Shown here piece after piece: positions 40,029 to 47,862 of a stretch of 64,000 bases of DNA. Under the pieces are notes generated by a model, which was not told the DNA's origin, ran no database searches, and saw only the letters and a list, made by a program, of their open reading frames with translations. The translations under genes were made by a program, and so were the position numbers. Source of the DNA: a virus. How positions within the stretch are numbered: the stretch's first letter is position 1; every line of letters starts with the position of its first letter. The stretch is taken from the IMG/VR virus record IMGVR_UViG_3300024262_000017, positions 58,546 through 122,545 of that record; one strand, written 5' to 3'.

Positions 40029-40555
40029 AAATCGTATATCGTTGTTCTTGTGGTAAGTGTGTCCGACCACGAATGACACCGCCACCGAAAAAACATGAAG
40101 TACTCTATTACGAGTTCGTCAATCATGCTTTAGGTGGCATCCCAGATTTACCTGTGTTCGGCAAAAGATACAGACGCTTGGTTCGTGTCACTGCAAAAAA
40201 GCACAACTGGTTCATACCTTTTGCTCGGGGAACTAAGAATGACCTCGTCCCTGCACCTGGGGTGTTTCCCTGTAAGTTGTGCACAAAGGCAGAATACAAT
40301 CGTTTATGCCCAAAGCAAGAAGATTGTCTCCCCTATGCTTACTGGGCAACTACACACGCTGGTGCATTGTCGTTTGGGGGAAAGAAAGCCATCGAAGACC
40401 AATTTCATATCAAGCTCTCGAAGGAGAAAACATGTGGTGTCCAACCTGCAACGTCTTTGCCCCGTACGTCTCGGAAGGCAGGAGCTGCATCGAATGTGGG
40501 GGGCCGCTCCAGTTGTCTGCGGAAGACCTCCTCGGTGACGGGACGAAAAAAATAG
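40025..40555 (+). CDS. Hypothetical basic Cys-rich protein
   Basis: ATGA coupling to UDG. CSCGKC and CKLC motifs. 3' end overlaps dinG. Confidence 0.5.
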   Translation: MKIVYRCSCGKCVRPRMTPPPKKHEVLYYEFVNHALGGIPDLPVFGKRYRRLVRVTAKKHNWFIPFARGTKNDLVPAPGVFPCKLCTKAEYNRLCPKQEDCLPYAYWATTHAGALSFGGKKAIEDQFHIKLSKEKTCGVQPATSLPRTSRKAGAASNVGGRSSCLRKTSSVTGRKK

Positions 40556-42666
40556 TAGACGAGGTTCGTTCTGAACAAGTACACATGGCGCAGAAGGTTG
40601 AAGATGCTATTCGTTCAAACACGAATCTCATAGCTGAAGCAGGGACAGGGATTGGAAAAAGCTTTGCAGTTCTTATCCCAGCTATTCTGTCGGGTAGACG
40701 CACAATTGTATCCACTGCAACAACATTGCTTCAGCATCAGTATGACAAGTTCGCATTGGACTTTTTGGCAACCAAGCTTGAGGGCACCGTTGACTTTACA
40801 TATGCTGTTGCTAAAGGCAAAGGGCACTACTTGTGTCCTAAGCTACTCCTCAAGTCCCACAAAAAACTGAAACCCCGTGGCGGATTCAAAACTGCTAAAC
40901 AGCGTGAAGTCCATGATGCTTTCATGGAGTGGGCACGAGAAACTCCGACAGGCGACAAAGAAGACCTTGACGAAGCCCTCAAACCATTAGGGGCTATCAC
41001 TCCTGAGTATTTTAGTGATGTCTCTGCCGAAGAGTGCACTGGTGCAAAGGGCTGTGCCATGAAGGACAAATGTGGCTATGTCAAATCTCGTGTGGCTATT
41101 CAGAACGCGAAAATCATCATCGCCAATCATATGCTGGTAGGGCTCAATGCCAAACTTGGAGGTAAGGTACTTCCAAAGCACGAAATTTACATCATGGATG
41201 AAGCACACAAAGCTGAAGAGTATTTTCGTAAAGCCTTCGGAAGTACTCTGCGAGAAACAACACTGAGCCGTCTTATTGATAAGGTTGACGCAGCCTTTGC
41301 AGCTGACCCTGTTGGCACGGATTACCTTCATGATCTGACAGAGTTAGATAGGTCACTCTTCTTTTGTGCTGCTCAAGCACACACTGGTGACTCAGGTCAA
41401 ACAGTCACGGCAACAGAACTGTTTGAAGCTGACCTAAAAGGAATCGCTATTGTACTAGGTAAGGTACAAGAACGAATCAATTGGTTACTAGATGGGATGG
41501 GTGGTGGTAATGACCAAGAGGATGAAGACTTCATCAATGACTTAGGTGTTGATGCCGAAACTCGGATTCATTACACAAACGCACGTGGTATAACGGCTGC
41601 CTCTGATGAAGAATCATTTGGTGAAGTCGATGAAGCATCTCTACTCAACGGACCTGAGTTGCGAAATGTACTTGCCAAAGTAGGTCGAGCAGCGGAAAAC
41701 ATCGCTACGTTACTAGACACCGACGCCGGCAGTGTTTTGTACGTTGAGAAGTTCTACACCAAGAAGGGAGAACCCCGACACACTTTGGTGCGAGCTCCGG
41801 TGATGCTTGGAAACCTCTTACGCCGAAATCTCTATCCACTCAGCCAAGTGATTATCCAAACGTCGGCTACATTATCTATCGGCGGGGACTTCAATTTCTA
41901 CAAAGAAGAAATGGGTCTCGACGATAACACCACCACCTTCGTTGCTCCGTCTCCGTTTGATTACCGTGGGCGTACGATGCTGTACTTACCACGCCATTTA
42001 CCTATGCACCCAAACAACCAGTGGCCAAGGCACCCTGACCCCGTGGTAGCCATGGAGGAATACAGCGAAGCAATCGCTGTTGAAATCACCAGGCTTATCA
42101 GGATTTCAAAGGGATGTGCCTTCGTCCTATTCTCTGCACGCTCTGAGATGGAAGAGATGTATAGGCGCGTCAAAGAACGCGTGAAGTTTCCATGTCGAAT
42201 CCAAGAGCCTGGGGTATCAACTGGTAGCTTAGAGACTTGGTTCAAGGAAGAAAAGCAACCCGTCTTGTTTGCAACGAAGTCTTTTTGGGAAGGTATCAGT
42301 GTTGAGGGGAAACAACTCCGCATGGTCATCATCCCCAAAGTCCCATTCCCCTCACCAGCAGACCCAATCATGGAAGAGAAGAAGAACATTGTCAGCGAGC
42401 GCCATGGTAGCAAAGCTTGGTTCATGCGCTTGTATTTCCCTGTCATGGTCATGGACGTGCTTCAAGGACTTGGTCGTCTTATGCGTCGCCAGGATGACTT
42501 CGGCGTCGCTGCCATCTTGGACACACGTGTTATCCCTGGTGCAGCTGGTTCAAAGCGTTATGGCAAACAACTCATTTCCAGCTTACCCTTTACCAACGCC
42601 ACCCATGATATCGAGCGAATCCGTATGACAATGGAAAACATGGAACGTGGTATGGGTCCGTTTTAG
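40432..42666 (+). CDS. dinG: DinG/YoaA-family Fe-S helicase
   Basis: AEAGTGIGKS, KGKGHYLC, DEAH, TSATL, FWEGI and QGLGRLMR motifs. N-terminal Zn ribbon, SD AAGGAG. Confidence 0.9.
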   Translation: MWCPTCNVFAPYVSEGRSCIECGGPLQLSAEDLLGDGTKKIVDEVRSEQVHMAQKVEDAIRSNTNLIAEAGTGIGKSFAVLIPAILSGRRTIVSTATTLLQHQYDKFALDFLATKLEGTVDFTYAVAKGKGHYLCPKLLLKSHKKLKPRGGFKTAKQREVHDAFMEWARETPTGDKEDLDEALKPLGAITPEYFSDVSAEECTGAKGCAMKDKCGYVKSRVAIQNAKIIIANHMLVGLNAKLGGKVLPKHEIYIMDEAHKAEEYFRKAFGSTLRETTLSRLIDKVDAAFAADPVGTDYLHDLTELDRSLFFCAAQAHTGDSGQTVTATELFEADLKGIAIVLGKVQERINWLLDGMGGGNDQEDEDFINDLGVDAETRIHYTNARGITAASDEESFGEVDEASLLNGPELRNVLAKVGRAAENIATLLDTDAGSVLYVEKFYTKKGEPRHTLVRAPVMLGNLLRRNLYPLSQVIIQTSATLSIGGDFNFYKEEMGLDDNTTTFVAPSPFDYRGRTMLYLPRHLPMHPNNQWPRHPDPVVAMEEYSEAIAVEITRLIRISKGCAFVLFSARSEMEEMYRRVKERVKFPCRIQEPGVSTGSLETWFKEEKQPVLFATKSFWEGISVEGKQLRMVIIPKVPFPSPADPIMEEKKNIVSERHGSKAWFMRLYFPVMVMDVLQGLGRLMRRQDDFGVAAILDTRVIPGAAGSKRYGKQLISSLPFTNATHDIERIRMTMENMERGMGPF

Positions 42667-42684
42667 ACGTTAGCATTTTTGGCA

Positions 42685-42713
42685 TTGCCTACATTGCCTG
42701 CGTGGCATACAAT
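42685..42713 (+). promoter_or_regulatory. Sigma70-like promoter
   Basis: TTGCCT-N17-TACAAT upstream of the ORF at 42723. Confidence 0.5.
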
Positions 42714-42722
42714 TGAGAAACC

Positions 42723-42926
42723 ATGGTAAAGTTTACAGACCAAGTAAGTCTGAAAGAATCTGTGAGTGTGCGCGTGATACTACACGACGATGCTCCTTTA
42801 CACGTCGTGGATAAGAATCACTGTGCATGGCCTGGGTGCAGTAACTGCACCACTACTTTTGTGAATGAAATTCCTGCTTGTGATGAACACTTCCAAGAAG
42901 TAATGGCTCACCTAGCCAGAAGGTAG
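42723..42926 (+). CDS. Small Cys/His protein
   Basis: CAWPGC...CDEH zinc-finger-like motif. Confidence 0.55.
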   Translation: MVKFTDQVSLKESVSVRVILHDDAPLHVVDKNHCAWPGCSNCTTTFVNEIPACDEHFQEVMAHLARR

Positions 42927-42932
42927 CACCTT

Positions 42933-43496
42933 ATGTACTGCCAAGAATGCGCTGATTTTTTTCAGCCACCACCCGAAGAAGAAAAACTCATCACAACAGG
43001 TGGCCTCCCCGTATTGTGTCCAGCATGTGAGCAAAAACGTTGGCGTGCAAAAAATGCTCAGGGTGGTTACACACCACTGTATCCGGGTATGGCGCCTGCA
43101 CCTAGCACTGGGCGTGAACTTTACCGAGCAGCACGCTTCGACCACAACGGTGTAGAGGTGTTGTTCGTTGCATTGCCTCAAAAGCCAGTAAAGGTAAAAG
43201 CTTCTCCCTTGCGAAAAGATAAGTTGAACCGCGCAGGAACCCACGTATTTGTTATGTCTGAAAACATATCTCAGCTTCGGACTGACCCGCGGGTACAGCT
43301 CATCACCAATTTGGAAACGTATGAGCAATTCAATAACCCACTAGAGATATCCAAGCTTCCCAGTTGCTGGGACCCTTTCACTGGTACAGGGGAGATTGTC
43401 ATCCCTAAAAATGAAATCATGAAGGTCGAAAAAACTGCTCAGCTTGTCCGCGTTGACCTCAAAGATGGTGGCTGGGTACACCTGCACTACCGCTAA
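42933..43496 (+). CDS. Hypothetical protein with N-terminal Zn ribbon
   Basis: CQEC...CPAC. Confidence 0.65.
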   Translation: MYCQECADFFQPPPEEEKLITTGGLPVLCPACEQKRWRAKNAQGGYTPLYPGMAPAPSTGRELYRAARFDHNGVEVLFVALPQKPVKVKASPLRKDKLNRAGTHVFVMSENISQLRTDPRVQLITNLETYEQFNNPLEISKLPSCWDPFTGTGEIVIPKNEIMKVEKTAQLVRVDLKDGGWVHLHYR

Positions 43497-43579
43497 AAAA
43501 AGAAGCATTATTAGGGTAAAAGAGAATGAAGCCTACTAAGCCTCAACTGTAGGCTTCTCTCTTTTAATCGGAGTACACC

Positions 43580-44242
43580 ATGACCAAAGAAGAATACCTC
43601 GAACGAGTTCGAGAAGCAGCAGTTACTCTCCTTACGGAGACAGAAGCGCAAGCATGGAAAAAAGAAAACGAGGACCAACCATTTTATGAATTCGCAGACG
43701 CCGTAGACCTCCCTGACCAACTGCATTCATTGATAGACAGCACCTGTGAATCCACTTGGCAAGGCGCCATAGAAGTACTTAACCATTCCGACCAAGACCC
43801 AGACCACGTAGATTCGGGAATCTATGAGGGCTGTAGCTGGAAGAAGATTCTTATCATTTTAGCTTTCGAAGTTTACTCTTGGGATGTTAGTGGTCTGGCG
43901 GAAGAGATGTTTAACAATGATGAGTTCGAAGAATACCTCATGCCCCTCGAAAGCAATCAGCGACAAATTGGTCACTTCCCGGACATCCAAAGATACAAAA
44001 TTCCTAAAGGTGCATGGGCAGTAAACTTGCACTCAGGTATCAAGGTAATGGAAGAAACCCGACGCTGTTTTCCAAAAGCACCACTGGGTTTCTCTGTTGT
44101 GTTTGAAGGGGAAACCGAGGAGCGTCCAAGCCATTTTATCGTTTATGCCAAGCGAGTCTACACCCAAGGTGGTGACGACTCAAACATCCAACAAGACTTA
44201 GAAAGATGTCAGGAGGAATATGGTGTCCGAATATTACCTTAA
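43580..44242 (+). CDS. Hypothetical acidic protein
   Basis: SD GGAG, 220 aa. Confidence 0.68.
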   Translation: MTKEEYLERVREAAVTLLTETEAQAWKKENEDQPFYEFADAVDLPDQLHSLIDSTCESTWQGAIEVLNHSDQDPDHVDSGIYEGCSWKKILIILAFEVYSWDVSGLAEEMFNNDEFEEYLMPLESNQRQIGHFPDIQRYKIPKGAWAVNLHSGIKVMEETRRCFPKAPLGFSVVFEGETEERPSHFIVYAKRVYTQGGDDSNIQQDLERCQEEYGVRILP

Positions 44243-44483
44243 GATTGCAATCCCACCCAGGGGCATCCCTCCAAGAATACGCAATCTGCTCAAAGAAGCG
44301 CACAAGCAGGAGCGTAAATTGTATGTCTACACCTTCAAAGAAGACACACCCTTTCAGTCGAAGGTCGGTTACAAAAAAAGAAACAAAAGGTCGGAGACGT
44401 GTTGGTGGATGATCATCAGCACTGAACCCATTAAAGATTACGAGAAAAGGAGCTGGGATGAGAAAAGTCTACTTCGCAGGTAA
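44220..44483 (+). CDS. Hypothetical basic protein
   Basis: SD AGGAGG. Confidence 0.55.
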   Translation: MVSEYYLKIAIPPRGIPPRIRNLLKEAHKQERKLYVYTFKEDTPFQSKVGYKKRNKRSETCWWMIISTEPIKDYEKRSWDEKSLLRR

Positions 44484-44501
44484 CAAGAAACAACTCAGAG
44501 A

Positions 44502-44855
44502 ATGGATGATATTCCTCATGCTTCGATACGGGGGAGACAAATGTTTGAAAGACCTCCCCAGGCTAGAGTGTCGGTAACAGTAGGTTTCCCTTCTCGCTCG
44601 TGTATGGAACCCACAACTTGCCCCCACATCATGTTGTGCTGGGCAGGAATGGTTCCAGTTCTCGGAAAATGTATCAGGTGTAAAAAGACAGGTATAGGTT
44701 TTCTCACAAAACGTATTTGTTACAAAAGTCAGAAGCGGGCCTACAGGGTCAAGCCCTTCTTCGAAGGCACACCTCCAAAGTGTGTCATACAAGAGGAGCT
44801 CCGACGGGTAGTGTGTGAAGAATGCTTCAAGCATATAATTCGGTCGGTACGATGA
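44502..44855 (+). CDS. Hypothetical Cys-rich protein
   Basis: CIRC and CEEC motifs. Last ORF before the ncRNA array. Confidence 0.5.
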   Translation: MDDIPHASIRGRQMFERPPQARVSVTVGFPSRSCMEPTTCPHIMLCWAGMVPVLGKCIRCKKTGIGFLTKRICYKSQKRAYRVKPFFEGTPPKCVIQEELRRVVCEECFKHIIRSVR

Positions 44856-44938
44856 CATTGGGTGGCTGCCCTGTAATCATCGCACTGCATGGTTATTGCT
44901 TGAGGTGCTTCGCCGGATTCCATTAGGAAACCGTCCCG

Positions 44939-45080
44939 TTTTGTTAGTTGCGCATTTTTGCTTGTAGCGCTGTATGCGGTCACCGCATACGTTTTCGGCT
45001 ACGGTTTCGCTCGCCGCTTGGCTTCTCGACCAAAAATTCTTGACAGGCGGCGGCTCGCAAAACCGTTTTTCGTAAAAAAA
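44939..45080 (+). ncRNA. Retron-like unit A
   Basis: TTTTGTTA-G44947 ... CG(45071)-TAAAAAAA (7/8 paired; alternative 3' arm CG-TAACA at 45156-45162). Stem GTATGCGG-TCA-CCGCATAC and long hairpin 45001-45066. Confidence 0.6.
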
Positions 45081-45181
45081 ATATTTGTCGACGAACTATT
45101 TCCCCGGCGCCAAAAAATAAGGTACATGGAAAAACGTGCGTCGTCATACGAAATACGTAACACTGACTTTTGACTGAGTAA

Positions 45182-45353
45182 CACTGATTAGGCCTCTCGT
45201 GAAGGGAGGGCATGAAGATACTTCATGCAGTTATTCTCCACCTTCGGCGGACCAGGGTATCCTACCTATGTAGGACGCACTCGTTGGATGAAGAGGAACA
45301 ACGCATCCCCGAGAGCCGCCGGAGATACCCGTGTAGGAAATACGTAATCAGTG
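45182..45353 (+). ncRNA. Retron-like unit B
   Basis: Perfect IR CACTGATTA-G45191 ... CG-TAATCAGTG. Stems CCTCTC/GGGAGG and GCATGAAG-ATA-CTTCATGC, then a long branched hairpin. Confidence 0.78.
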
Positions 45354-45359
45354 GTTTCA

Positions 45360-45472
45360 CTTTGGTTAGTTCTCTCCTCGCGAAACGTTGTACACCCAGA
45401 AGACACTTTCCACCGTGTTGAAGCGTCTTTTTTCAATCCAAGGGATGTAAAACGACAGCTACGTAACTAAAG
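45360..45472 (+). ncRNA. Retron-like unit C (compact)
   Basis: CTTTGGTTA-G45369 ... CG-TAACTAAAG (9 bp, one G-U). Internal hairpin CGTTGTACACCC/GGGATGTAAAACG. The msr-like stems are weak. Confidence 0.65.
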
Positions 45473-45478
45473 GTACAA

Positions 45479-45607
45479 GATTGACTAGGTCTCTCATGGA
45501 GAGGTTGCGCGGTAACCGCGCACATTGGCCTCTAGGCCTTCGGCATAGAGGCATATTAAATTGTGAATTCCAGCCCAGTCTTCTGAACGAGAAATTCGTA
45601 GTCAATC
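45479..45607 (+). ncRNA. Retron-like unit D
   Basis: Perfect IR GATTGACTA-G45488 ... CG-TAGTCAATC. Stems CTCTC-ATG-GAGAG, TGCGCGG-TAA-CCGCGCA and GCCTCTA/TAGAGGC. Confidence 0.75.
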
Positions 45608-45964
45608 ATTTCGGCCCGCAGAACAAATCGAATGGTGTTGGTCCTCCTCCGGGCACTAATCGGTCACACGGGGGCGTGTGAGTTCAGCGGGCCACTTTTT
45701 CGTAGGAGGTTTATGCTTGCACTCTAGCACGTAGCGCCCAAACACCGTGCGCCACTCAGCTTCGTGCCAAATCTACGCAACATTGTTTATTTTTGTTGGT
45801 CTTCGTTCTTGTTACAAGAACCCCAGGAATTCCCCGTACGCGCCTGGCTCCTTACGATCTTGTGGTACTCCAAGATCGCCGTCCTGCGTCAGCTACGTGT
45901 CTATTGACAGTCTTTGCAACTGAAAACAGTTGCGCCAATTCGTTTTACACAGTAAAAGGACCCA

Positions 45965-46501
45965 ATGCGAAAACCAAGAAGAAAACGTTCTTCGTGGAAA
46001 GATGCTTCCAAAGAGAAGGCGGGTGTTGAGCTCATCAATGGCCGTGCCATGATGGTTGTCAGCCTATTGTACACAGGGCTCGCTTCTTCGAAGGAAGAGT
46101 CTGGGATGAACCATCTCCAGAAATATTTACGCGACTACAAAGACCACCAGCAAGCAGTGCATACCAGCATCGCCAGTGCTTATGAGGTTCTCGCTGAGGG
46201 GAAAGAATCTCGTGGGGGGCTGGATTTAGAAGTAGCGAAACAATTGAAGAAACTTGTCTCCGACGAAATGGAATACATCTGGGACAAGAAGGCTCGGCCG
46301 GCTGCACCCAAGCTGGCGATAGCCAAAGAAGTAGACTTCGATGATGAATACTCTGATGAACCAGAAGAAAAGGAAGAACCGGAGGTCGAAAACACTGAGG
46401 GCTATGAGCCCCCACCAAAGGAAGAGTCCACCCAAGATGCAGAAGACGACAATGACGACTGGTCAGATAGGTTTTCTGAGGGTGAATTCGACTTGGAGTA
46501 A
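45965..46501 (+). CDS. Hypothetical protein with acidic C-terminal tail
   Basis: SD AAGGA, D/E-rich tail. Confidence 0.65.
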   Translation: MRKPRRKRSSWKDASKEKAGVELINGRAMMVVSLLYTGLASSKEESGMNHLQKYLRDYKDHQQAVHTSIASAYEVLAEGKESRGGLDLEVAKQLKKLVSDEMEYIWDKKARPAAPKLAIAKEVDFDDEYSDEPEEKEEPEVENTEGYEPPPKEESTQDAEDDNDDWSDRFSEGEFDLE

Positions 46502-46503
46502 AA

Positions 46504-46830
46504 ATGTTTGGAGCAAGAATGTATGATTTGATAAACGCTTGCATCAGCATCACCTCACACGTTGCAGAAGAGTTGAGAACGACAATCGACGATATCCGCA
46601 AACACAGTAAGCAGGCTTCTGTGGATACGGGTGAGTTCTTCTATTGTCTTGGTGGGGCATTCGCCAAGCTGATAGACCAGCTGGGCAACGAGACACAACA
46701 GCCAGGCGCGCCTGATAGCTTCATGGAAGGTTTTTCAAGCTATCGACGTTTCTTGAGAGAAGTTCGCAACGACTCGGTGATTCCTCCGAGGTTGTCTTGG
46801 TTAGTTGACAAGGACAGTTCGTTGAATTAG
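46504..46830 (+). CDS. Hypothetical protein
   Basis: SD GGAG, coupled to the upstream gene. Confidence 0.6.
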   Translation: MFGARMYDLINACISITSHVAEELRTTIDDIRKHSKQASVDTGEFFYCLGGAFAKLIDQLGNETQQPGAPDSFMEGFSSYRRFLREVRNDSVIPPRLSWLVDKDSSLN

Positions 46831-47014
46831 ATTATGGACTTGACGTGGCACTGGCGTGATTCCGTTAGTGTTCGGTCCACAGGGTCGACACATTATAACG
46901 GAGCGTCCATAGTGGCGGCACCCAGTAATCTTGTGTGGAAGATGAGTTGAGGACCCACATAGCCTCAATGGTCACGTCACATTTTAGACTTACCGCTTGC
47001 GTAATTTAGCGAGC
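46817..47014 (+). ncRNA. Candidate solo retron-like unit
   Basis: 13-bp IR (3 G-U) GTTCGTTGAATTA-G46830 ... CG-TAATTTAGCGAGC with a multi-stem interior, followed by a terminator. Confidence 0.55.
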
Positions 47015-47024
47015 GTTACGTTAG

Positions 47025-47058
47025 CCGCCGAGAATCCCCCCCTCTCGGCGGTTTTTTT
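47025..47058 (+). terminator. Intrinsic terminator
   Basis: CCGCCGAGA/TCTCGGCGG plus T7. Confidence 0.85.
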
Positions 47059-47094
47059 ATTCTTTCCAAACACAACCAAACGGAGGAGCAAATC

Positions 47095-47433
47095 ATGGGA
47101 AACCCCACAGGTATTCGTTACAGCCAAGAACTGAAGAATTACGCTGCTGATTTATGGGCGTCCGGGATGAAGGCGAAAGCAATCGCGACCACCATAAAAG
47201 AAGCACCTCAATTCAAAAAAGAGGCACGTCACTTGAGCACCAAGAGCGTTTATCGTTTTCAGGAAATGCCCAAGCGAGCTGTCACACAGATGAAGCTGGG
47301 TACCAACCTGGACTTCATTTCTGCACCAGTAGTTGATGAGTGCTTAGTTTCCAATCAGGGGGAGAGCACGACGTTGACGATACTACTCCCAACGTCACAG
47401 GTTGGGAATCTGTTGAAACAGCTGGGCTTCTAA
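47095..47433 (+). CDS. Putative HTH DNA-binding protein
   Basis: RYSQELKNYAADLWASGMKAKAIA resembles HTH N-termini. SD GGAGG. Confidence 0.6.
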   Translation: MGNPTGIRYSQELKNYAADLWASGMKAKAIATTIKEAPQFKKEARHLSTKSVYRFQEMPKRAVTQMKLGTNLDFISAPVVDECLVSNQGESTTLTILLPTSQVGNLLKQLGF

Positions 47434-47448
47434 GTCTAGGAGAACCAC

Positions 47449-47811
47449 ATGGCATCAGTGTTCAAAGATGTATTCTGTGGTGCTGATGGCGTTGACTTAC
47501 GCACCATCACCCACAATATCATCAACATTCGGCGCGAAGAAAAACGTGTAGGTGGTTTGAAAGAAGGACAGGTCATCTCATATCACAATCGCGCTGGAAC
47601 TCGTTTCCGACATTACCAAAAAATCTGGGGTAGGACATGTCTAATCATCCCACCCTTCGACAACAACAATAAGTACTCGCTCTTCTTGAAAGAGTCGGAA
47701 CTGCTTGCTAAGATGTCCACCCTGCGAGCACACAGAGAGAAGTTCGAAGCAGTGTCGGAGAAGACAATGGCGCGAAAGAAGCGTGCTGCTCAACGTAAAA
47801 AAAGAAAGTAA
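47449..47811 (+). CDS. Hypothetical basic protein
   Basis: SD AGGAG. Confidence 0.65.
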   Translation: MASVFKDVFCGADGVDLRTITHNIINIRREEKRVGGLKEGQVISYHNRAGTRFRHYQKIWGRTCLIIPPFDNNNKYSLFLKESELLAKMSTLRAHREKFEAVSEKTMARKKRAAQRKKRK

Positions 47812-47815
47812 CTTG

Positions 47816-47847
47816 AGTTCCTGCGTAAGCAGGAACTTATTTTTTTT
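47816..47847 (+). terminator. Intrinsic terminator
   Basis: AGTTCCTGC-GTAA-GCAGGAACT plus T-run. Confidence 0.75.
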
Positions 47848-47862
47848 GCTAAGGAGGTAAGT

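Noticed and set aside
223-45045. TTGACA inside two retron-like units (223-228, 45040-45045) as promoters or sigma decoys
   Set aside because: Neither has a -10 box at 16-18 nt, and two hexamer hits are compatible with chance.
44939-45932. CRISPR array
   Set aside because: No identical direct repeats with regular spacers and no cas genes in the window. Conservation is structural only.
44958-46029. Short ORFs listed across the array region
   Set aside because: No SD, atypical composition, mutually overlapping, and better explained by RNA structure.
47095-47433. IS3-family transposase OrfA
   Set aside because: Only the HTH-like N-terminus is similar. There is no downstream DDE integrase ORF or terminal inverted repeats.
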